Positions 44,744 to 54,619 of a DNA stretch of 64,000 nucleotides are shown piece after piece. Position numbers and translations under genes: made by a program. The DNA comes from Chrysomallon squamiferum (taxonomy: Eukaryota > Animalia > Mollusca): contig CM022668.1 in NCBI GenBank assembly GCA_012295275.1, forward strand, positions 5,208,001 through 5,272,000. Direction: 5' to 3'. Position 1 is the stretch's first letter. Each line of letters begins with the position of its first letter. The notes under the pieces were generated by a model. That model searched no databases and was not told where the DNA came from. It was given only the letters and a program-made list of their open reading frames with translations.

Positions 44744-45752
44744 TTTCTATACACTTATTTATTTATTTAATCTCCTATACATTCATTCATTCATTCACTC
44801 ATTAATTCGTTCGTTCGTTCATTTATTTGTACATATCTTATTTATTTATTTTCCTATTCATTCATTCACTCATTAATTCGTTCGTTCATTCATTCATTCG
44901 TTCGTTCGTTCACTAATTCGTTCTTTCGTTTGCAGTCGGCGACTGTGAAGCCGCAGTACACTGCTGAGCTGGACGTACTGTGCAGGATCTGCGGGGACAG
45001 AGCATCTGGGTTCCACTACGGAGTTCACTCGTGCGAGGGCTGTAAGGTTAGTGAGTTAACTTGTTAGCTTCACTCGTGCGAGGGTTGTAAGGTTAGTGAG
45101 TTAGCTTGTTAGCTTCACTCGTGCGAGGGTTGTAAGGTTAGTGAGTTAGCTTGTTAGCTTCACTCGTGCGAGGGTTGTAAGGTTAGTGAGTTAGCTTGTT
45201 AGCTTCACTCGTGCGAGGGCTGTAAGGTTAGTGAGTTAACTTGTTAGCTTCACTCGTGCGAGGGCTGTAAGGTTAGTGAGTTAACTTGTTAGCTTCACTC
45301 GTGCGAGGGCTGTAAGGTTAATGAGTTAGCTTGTTAGCTTCACTCGTGCGAGGGCTGTAAGGTTAATGAGTTAGCTTGTTAGCTTCACTCGTGCGAGGGC
45401 TGTAAGGTTAGTGAGTTAGCTTGTTAGCTTCACTCGTGCGAGGGCTGTAAGGTTAATGAGTTAGCTTGTTAGCTTCACGCGTGCCCTTTGTCTCAGAAGT
45501 TAATCTCCATTTGTTTCTTTTTTTTATAATTTTTAAACAAATAATTAGTTTTTTTATTTTATTTTATTTTATTTTATTTATTGCTGTTGTTATTGTTGTT
45601 GTTGTTGTTGTTGTTGTTATTATTATTATTATTATTACTACTACTACTACTACTACTATTATTATTGTTGTTGTGGTTGTTGTAGTTATTCTTATTATTA
45701 TTATAATTGTTATTATTATAATTATAATTAATGTTTGTTGTTCTTCTTGTTG

Positions 45753-45823
<71 letters not shown>

Positions 45824-46847
45824 TTTTTTATTTTTGTCTGAAAAATAATCTTGTATAATTAGAAAAATATTTATAAATATGACGTTCTTTGTCATTTAAT
45901 TTTTACTTTTAGATGTCAAATAATTAAAAGTTAATTCAACCATGATTCATTGTTTATTCATTCTTCTCATTCAAACTTATTACTGATTGTTGAATTAACA
46001 ATAAATATAAAATATATTTACAAATCCATACATATTTCTAAAAAAAAAAAAAAAAAAAACGTTCACACACAAAATCAGTCGTTAATTTTAATTTACAAAA
46101 CTGGTGACGTGAAACAAATATTTAAAATTTGACTTGAATTCTTCTTGCAGGGTTTTTTTCGCCGGACGCTCAAGAAGCAGCTGACCTATCGACCGTGTCA
46201 GGTGGGGTCAAGGTGCAAAATCGACCAGACGTCACGAAACAAGTGTCAGTACTGCAGATACCAGCGCTGCGTGAACGCGGGAATGTCACAGGACGGTGAG
46301 TAGGGCTTCCTTCCTTCCTTCCTTCCTTACTTCTTTCTTTCTTTCTTTCTTTCTTCTACGTCTTTGTTTCTTCTTTCTTTCTTTCTTCAACTTCTTTATT
46401 TCTTCTTTCTTTCTTCCTTCCTTCCTTCCTTCTTTCTTCTACGTCTTTGTTTCTTCTTTCTTTGTTTGTTTGTTTGTTTCTTTCTTCTTTCCTTCCTTCC
46501 TTCTTTCTTTCTTCCTTCCTTCCTTCTTTCTTTCTTCTACGTATTTGTTTCTTCTTTCTTTCTTTCCTTCTTCTTTCTTTCTTCTACGTCTTTGTTTCTT
46601 CTTTCTTTCTTTCTTCCTTCCTTCCTTTCTTCTTTCTTTCTTTCTTCTTTCTTTCTTTCTTTTTTTTTTCTTTCTTTCTTCTACGTCTTTTTTTTTTCTT
46701 TTATCTTTCTTCTTCTTCTTTTTTTTTTTTTTTTTACATTAGCTTAATTTTACAAGACATGTTTTAAATTCGTTCGATTTTATTTTATTTAGTATATTTA
46801 TTTTAATTTAATTACATACATACATAATTATATATATATATATATAT

Positions 46848-46882
<35 letters not shown>

Positions 46883-48559
46883 TATATATTAATGTTTTAA
46901 AAAATGTTCAGTTAGTTTTTTGGTTTTTTTTTTTCCATTTATTTTATTATATTTTTTTTTTTTTTTTTAGTTTTACAATTCGGTTCATTTATTTAATGTT
47001 ATTTATTATTATTATTATAATCTTAAAAATAGAGACATTTCAGAATTTATCATTAACAAAGAAAAATTGAGTAAATGTTCGAACAAAAACTGACAGAAAA
47101 CCAAACAAACAAAAAAAATAAATAAATAGAAATAAATAAATAAATAAATAAATAAATAAAACAAAGTAATAATAATAATAATAACAACAATAATAACAAC
47201 AATAATAACAACAATAATAATATTAATAATAATATTAATAAATAAATAAATAAATAAATTAAAAAAAAAAACACACAACAACAAACAAACAACCAAACAA
47301 AATGTTTAAATTAATAAAAACAGAAAAGGAAAATTAAAAAAAACAAAAAATTAAAATAAAATATTAAAATGTTTAAATTAATAGCTGTCCGGTTTGGACG
47401 AAAGAAGCTGATGGCGGACAAGGAGGAGCTGTCGAGCACGGACGGGAAGAGAATTGTCGAGCTGCGGTCTCTCACAGACCTCATCAAAGCCGCGTTCAGA
47501 GACGTTTTCCAGGACACGATTTTCTTCAAAAACGTCTGTCAGCCGACGTCAAGTCACTCGCAGGACTTTCCAGTAAGTTCTCGTCTGCGTTTTGTCCTTG
47601 ATTAGTCGTGTTCAGTCAGTTAGTCGTTTGACATGTTTAGTCAGTCATTTGACATGTTTAGTTAGTCGTTTGACATGTTTAGTCAGTCATTTGACATGTT
47701 TAGTTAGTCGTTTGACATGTTTAGTCAGTCATTTGACAACTTTAGTTAGTCATTTGATATCTTTAGTCAGTCGTTTGACATGTTTAGTTAGTCATTTGAC
47801 ATCTTTAGTCACTTAGTCATTTGATGTTTAGTCAGTCGTTTGACATGTTTAGCTAGTCATTTGACATCTTTAACTTAGTCATTTGACATGTTTAGTCAGT
47901 CATTTGACATGTTTTTAGTCGTTTGACATGTTTTTTTTGACATGTTTAAGACATGTTTAGTCAGTCATTTGACAACTTTAGTTAGTCATTTGATATCTTT
48001 AGTCAGTCGTTTGACATGTTTAGTTAGTCATTTGACATCTTTAGTCACTTAGTCATTTGATGTTTAGTCAGTCGTTTGACATGTTTAGCTAGTCATTTGA
48101 CATCTTTAGTCACTTAGTCATTTGACATGTTTAGTCAGTCATTTGACATGTTTAGTTAGTCGTTTGACATGTTTAGTCGTTTGACATGTTTAGTTAGTCG
48201 TTTGACATGTTTAGTCAGTCATTTGACAACTTTAGTTAGTCATTTGATATCTTTAGTCAGTCGTTTGACATGTTTAGTTAGTCATTTGACATCTTTAGTC
48301 ACTTAGTCATTTGATGTTTAGTCAGTCGTTTGACATGTTTAGCTAGTCATTTGACATCTTTTCACTTAGTCATTTGACATGTTTATGTAGTTAGTGTTTT
48401 GACATATTCACACAGTCAACCATTCTGTTGTATCAATTAAAATCCAAATAATACATTTATTTAATGATTTCTTTGAAGAGTATCTACAGTCTACATTACT
48501 GGGGGATTATTATTATTTTTATTAATATAAATTATAAAGTATAGCTTGCTTTCTGGCAG

Positions 48560-48613
<54 letters not shown>

Positions 48614-48756
48614 AAATATAAATTAAATAAATAAAATGGTCCACTGAGGAGCTTTGAACTTGAAACCTCTCACACGTCAACTATTTTATCCATCTCACTG
48701 TGCCATAGCTTTTTATTTATTTATTTATTTATTTTTTTACTTTTTTTTATTTATTT

Positions 48757-48821
<65 letters not shown>

Positions 48822-49759
48822 AAATTAGGATCTTTATCTCTTACTCTCAATTTCTTTTCATTTTTTTTTTTTTTTTTTTGCCATACTAAGATCTTTATCT
48901 GTTACTATCAATTAAAAACATTTAAAATATTGTCTTGTAGAAGATGGAAAGTGTTCAGTCGCCTTTCGACGACGTGCAGGAGATGACGTCGGACGACTTC
49001 TTCGCTCACGACGTTTTCAGACTCTACCAGGAGTCCGTCGTGCCCGTCATGGAGGCCGCCGTGAAGTTCGCGAAGAAACTGCCAAACTTCGCCAACCTCG
49101 TCATGTCCGACCAAATCTGCCTCATGAAGACCAACGGCTTCCTCATTGTACCCATTTCTGTGAGTATCTGTCTGTCTGTTCTCATTGTACCCATTTCTGT
49201 GAGTATCTGTCTGTCTGTCTGTTCTCATTGTACCCATTTCTTTGAGTATCTGTCTGTCTGTTCTCATTGTACCCATTTCTGTGAGTATCTGTCTGTCTGT
49301 TCTCATTGTACCCATTTCTGTGAGTATCTGTGTCTGTCTGTCTGTTCACATGACTACCCCTTTCTGTGAGTATCTGTGTCTGTCTGTCTGTCTGTTCTCA
49401 TTGTGCCCATTTTTGTGAGTATCTGTGTCTGTCTGTCTGTCTGTTCATTGACTACCCATTTCTGTGAGTATATGTGTCTGTCTGTCTGTCTGTTCACATG
49501 ACTGTACCCATTTCTGTGAGTATTTGTCTGTCTGTCTGTTACTTTTGTCCATACGTTTCTTGTATCCTTCTGTCTGTCTGTTTTGTACCCATTTCTTTAT
49601 AATTGTCTGTCTGTCTGTTCTCTGTTTTTGATCTGTCACTGTTCACATCTATATCTATTTCTATCTATCTATCTATCTACGTGACTCTACCCTATCTATC
49701 TTTTATCTATCTCTGTCTATCTGCCCATTTTCTATCTATCTATAATTGTCTCTCTCTCT

Positions 49760-49811
<52 letters not shown>

Positions 49812-49823
49812 TCTCTCTCTCTA

Positions 49824-49860
<37 letters not shown>

Positions 49861-50323
49861 CTATGTATCTGTGACAAACTCTCTGATATGAGATTGATTT
49901 CTGTTTCTAGCTTCTGTTCATGATCAATAAGAAGAACATCCATCTGGGCTCCCCCCCCTCCAGACTGTGTCTGCCGCGGACTCTCCCACTCATGTGTCAC
50001 GAGATGAAGACGTTGTTGGAGAGAACGACTCACATCGTCGACAGGCTCGCCTCATTTGACCTCCAGATAGGAGAACTCGCCCTTTTCTCCTCCGTTGTTC
50101 TTACTCAGGGTAAGTGCAGAGCAGGTTTACAAAATACCTGCTTACTTTAATTAATGTTGTATTTAAATAATAACAACAGCAGCAACAACAACATCAACAA
50201 TAATACTATAGTAATAATGTTAAAACAATTAATTCTGAAGGTGAAGATTTAAATACGATTATTTTTAATAAATAAATAAATAAATAAGTTAATTAAGTTA
50301 ATTAATTAATTGAAATAATAATA

Positions 50324-50394
<71 letters not shown>

Positions 50395-50743
50395 CTGAAA
50401 AAAAAAGAAAAAAAAAAAAAAAGAAAGAAAACATTTAACGAAAAAAAAAGAAGTTATTCTGAAGTATACATTTAATTTATGTCAATTTTCAGAATGCTAT
50501 GGACTGACAAACCCTGAGCAAGTGGAGGAACTTCAAGTGAACTTGATTGAAGCGCTGCGCCTCGACCTGAAACACAACCACCCCAAAGAACGTCTTTTGC
50601 TGCCCAAACTCCTCGTGCTCATTGCAGACTTGTGTCACGTGATGGAAGAGTTCAGTACGTCACTGAACTCACGCCTTTTCGATTCATCGCCTGACTTTCA
50701 AAACGTGAGTCCGCTTTTGAAAGAAATCTTCGACATCAGCTGA
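43655..50743 (+). CDS. PPAR: PPAR-like nuclear receptor (NR1C / NR1 subfamily), about 425 aa, 7 coding exons
   Basis: Exons 43655-43819, 44936-45046, 46151-46295, 47385-47572, 48941-49159, 49911-50109 and 50493-50743 join in phase. DBD: [79 protein letters not shown] signature [21 protein letters not shown]; AF-2-like [22 protein letters not shown] and PLLxEI favour PPAR over E75/Rev-erb. The subfamily call is by motif only. Confidence 0.85.
44936..45046 (+). CDS. Nuclear receptor exon: zinc finger 1 / P-box CEGCK
   Basis: tttgcAG|[37 protein letters not shown]|GTTAGT. Confidence 0.95.
45024..45484 (+). repeat. 45-bp tandem array (10 copies plus a partial copy) spanning the exon/intron junction and containing the P-box codons and splice donor
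   Basis: Unit TTCACTCGTGCGAGGGYTGTAAG|GTTARTGAGTTARCTTGTTAGC starts at 45024, 45069 ... 45429. Confidence 0.97.
46151..46295 (+). CDS. Nuclear receptor exon: zinc finger 2
   Basis: cttcttgcAG|[48 protein letters not shown](A)|GTGAGT. Confidence 0.95.
47385..47572 (+). CDS. Nuclear receptor exon: C-terminal extension/hinge and LBD helix 1
   Basis: [63 protein letters not shown]|GTAAGT. Confidence 0.9.
47600..48390. repeat. Intronic minisatellite of about 21 bp (TTAGTYAGTCRTTTGACATGT) with a higher-order block
   Basis: Unit repeated about 35 times. The marker variant tttgacaacttt...tttgatatcttt recurs near 47732, 47968 and 48222. Confidence 0.95.
48941..49159 (+). CDS. Nuclear receptor exon: LBD helices 3-5
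   Basis: [73 protein letters not shown]|GTGAGT. Confidence 0.9.
49142..49600 (+). repeat. Tandem array (39-50 bp, about 9 copies) of the exon end plus GTGAGT donor plus (CTGT)n
   Basis: CTCATTGTACCCATTTCT|GTGAGTATCTGTCTGTCTGTT recurs at 49142, 49181, 49224, 49263 and 49302, then in progressively diverged copies. Confidence 0.93.
49911..50109 (+). CDS. Nuclear receptor exon: LBD helices 5-8
   Basis: tttctAG|[66 protein letters not shown]|GTAAGT. Confidence 0.9.
50493..50743 (+). CDS. Nuclear receptor terminal exon: LBD helices 9-12
   Basis: ttttcAG|[83 protein letters not shown]. Confidence 0.92.
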
Positions 50744-51435
50744 ACTGAATAAACTGAGAGTTCTTAATTTAATCAAAACATTTTATAAAGGAAGTATATT
50801 TATATAAATAAAAATATATCTATATATATATATATATATATAAGTTTGCAGACATTAAACTGATTTGTAGCAGCCAAGATTTGAACTCACAACCTTCAGT
50901 GGCTTACAGTATATGAAGTGATTATTGCACAAACAATTGACAATGAGTTTGTAATTTTTTAATATATATATTTTTTAAATGATGTCGTTCTCCATAAGAT
51001 AGTACGAGGATGCCTATGTTTAAAATAATAATAATTGTATATTTAGAATAGAAATATCTAAAACAATTTGATACGACGTAATTAAAGATGATTTTATGAT
51101 TTTTAAATTTCAAAATATTTGTGTTTGACATTGGAGGCTTCTGTTTACAATTGTGTTTGTAAATGTGAAATAAAATGGTAAAAATGAAATTTGGTGAAAA
51201 TGAATTTATATATTTTTGTAGGATATAACCTGTGTGTTCAGATATTTTCTTTTGCTGGAATTTACTTCATGTTGCAGTGTACATATTATAATAATACAGT
51301 CTATTTATTGTTTATGGATAATATTGAATTACTTTATTCAATAAGTCACTAAAAAACAACAACAACAACAAAAATTAAAATATAAATATACGACGGTTGT
51401 TGTTATTGTTGTTCTTATTGTTCTTGTTGTTGTTG

Positions 51436-51466
<31 letters not shown>

Positions 51467-51977
51467 TATTATTATTAATGCTAACAAACAAGCAAACGAA
51501 TGAACACAGACACAAAAAAAAAAAAAAAAAAAAATGATGTTATCACTATTGTTAAGATTATTATTAAGCCATATAAGAAGACCATAGATATGATCCAACA
51601 TACACTTCAGTTTTTATATGTTTGTTAAGCATCAGCAAATTAATTTTTCTTTATTTCCACTCACTTTTTATTTATTCTATATTTTTTATTCACTTTATTT
51701 TTTCTTACTTGTAAATTTTATATTTTTATAAAAATAACTGTAATAAGTATTTTCTAATAAAAATCACATTTCACGACAGAATATTATATTCATTATATTT
51801 TCATAGGTAGCTGAAAACTATATTGGTAGCTAATTAGTATAAAAAAGTCTTCATTTCATTCTTACTGAATTATAACTTTAGTACTGGTGTTAGGTTTTAA
51901 TTCATTTTATTATGTATTAGAGGAATATAGTGCAATTGTTAATATTTTTTGATTGTGTTCGTGTTTAAAACAACAAC

Positions 51978-52039
<62 letters not shown>

Positions 52040-52733
52040 AACATTTTTAATTATATCAGTTATATCTTTTATTATTACCATAATTAAATTTATTTTTGTT
52101 GTTGATATTGTTATCCCCATTATTAATATTATAGTTATTATTATTATCATTATTATTGTTATTGTTATTTTTTTATAGTTATTATTATTAATAACATTAT
52201 TACTATTAACTTTATTATATTATTACTATTATTATTAAACTTTATGTAAAAATAACATATTCTGTAGAATTTTGCTGATAAATTATTTTTAAATCTTTAT
52301 CCAAATTATTATCTCTAGCGTAATTTTTTTCAGTGTCATTTTTACATTAACCTTAATCCTTATCCTAATCCTAATCTTTAACATCGTTGAATTTATTTAT
52401 CAGTGATGTATTTCAAACATCCTTATAAAAACCACCAAATACGGAAAGTGTCCTTTATTTACACGTGCCCTTTAAACAAAGGTTATATTCAAGTATGCAA
52501 GTTATATTAGAAGTGTCCTTTAAAGAAAGGTAATTGTTATAGAAACTGGTTAATAGCCGGTTTCCTATAATTTAAAAAAAAAGCAAAAAAAAAAAAAAAG
52601 TATTTATTTATTTATTTATTATTTAATTTTTAAATATGCTGAAATATTTCTTCTTTTTATTCATTTTTAAACACATTCTTTCGTCATTATTTTTATAATT
52701 AGGCATAACGAGTAATGTATATATTTTATGTAA

Positions 52734-52790
<57 letters not shown>

Positions 52791-53509
52791 TAAAAGTAAA
52801 TTAATTTATATTTTGCTACTGACCCGGTGCTTATATTACGTCATCATACTGTTGAAAATGATGTTATAAATTTCGTATCGGTGATATAATACTTATGTGC
52901 AATAAAACATTTAATGTGTTGTTCATTACATATTGTATTTTGTACATATTGAAAGTAATTATTATGTATTTGTGATTTACATAAACATTAAAGGGTCAGA
53001 TTAATTATATAACTACTTTGCTTGGTTTAGCCAGGCAAATACACAAAAGAGAATAAAAAGACATAATTTTAGCAGTAAATCCTAAACATGGTCATGTCTT
53101 TTCAATAACTTTTATGACATCATTGATGTATATATATCCATTTCACTTGCATAATAAGTCACATAATTTACCTTACGATTCACGTGATTTATTTACGACT
53201 CACGTAACGGATATTTAGTGACTTACGTCAGTCATTAATATGGATGTCTAATACATTTATGATCGTGCATTATTTTGTTTGCAGCTGTTTTCCTTTGTAC
53301 TGTGTTCTACTCAGTGTCTTGTACAAAACAAATGATTTTAAAATAATTAATATATACTGTTAAATATCTCGTTCTGTTATCTCTGTACTATATATATAAA
53401 AAAAAATATTTGTTTATATTTGTAAGGCAGTAAATTTGTTTTTGTATATAAAGTACGTGCCTTATGAAAAGACAAATGTGTTGTTTTTCTTATCGAGTAT
53501 ACGAAGAAT

Positions 53510-53598
<89 letters not shown>

Positions 53599-53959
53599 CA
53601 TCTGATCCTTGGAGAACATTGGCACCGATCAACATTAGGGTTCAGATATTATTTAATTTTAGTAAGACTCTACATGATTTGTGTAAAATAAGAAAAATGC
53701 GTTTACCACATAACATTCAGATACATGTACAGAAGTAACTAGTATAACAACATTAATAACATTTTTAATTATTCACTTTTCAAATGTCGAAACGATGAAA
53801 TAGAACATATTTGTAATTAACTCAAAGCAAAGGAATGAAATATCCGTTATCATTGTGTATTAAAGATCTTGAAAATTTCAACTGCACTCAACCGAAGATT
53901 GTTCCATAACATAATTATATATCATGTAAAGTATTTCAAAGACTTTGGACATCAAATAT

Positions 53960-54260
53960 AAACTTACTTATACAATGCATTTTAATACAAAGTATTCTTA
54001 TACAGCGTATACTTATAGTAAGTATGCTAATACAAACTATACTTATGCAATGTGTACTTTATACAACAAATGTTTATTTAATGTATACCAATACAATGTA
54101 AATTTATACAATGTACATTAATACAAAGTATACTTATACGAGGTATACGAATACAAAGTATACTTATGCAGTGTATACTAATACAACATCTACTTATACA
54201 ATATATACAAATACAGTGAAAAGAAATATAGTATACACTTTATTAGTATACTTATGCAGT
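53960..54260. repeat. Degenerate minisatellite of about 18-19 bp (ATACAAAGTATACTT-like)
   Basis: Recurrent atacaa..tatact motifs between the receptor 3' end and the first glycosyltransferase. Confidence 0.7.
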
Positions 54261-54508
54261 TCATGCTAACATAATGTCCAGGTGAACAATACTAACCTAC
54301 AACCTGCAAAACTTGTTTGTATTCTAAGCACGAACAGTGGGTCTGACAGAGATGAAAACGTTTACAGAGTAAACAACGAAGGAAAGAAAACATTGGTATG
54401 AATTATTCTATTTATGCAGTCTGTTATACAAGGAGAATATGAAATCGTGTTACTGATGTTTGATATATAATTACAGAATTTGGAAAGCTAACTAACTAAC
54501 TAACTAAC

Positions 54509-54549
<41 letters not shown>

Positions 54550-54619
54550 TATTAATACAAATTTACATACGGTTACATTTTGTACTTTCTCTCTCTCTTA
54601 TTTCATGCTTTGGATTTCT

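Noticed and set aside
45024-48390. CRISPR-like arrays
   Set aside because: Head-to-tail repeats without unique spacers, in eukaryotic introns, with no cas genes.
48636-48710. tRNA/SINE-like fragment (also near 27400 and 50870)
   Set aside because: Only a B-box-like similarity; no cloverleaf or definable ends.
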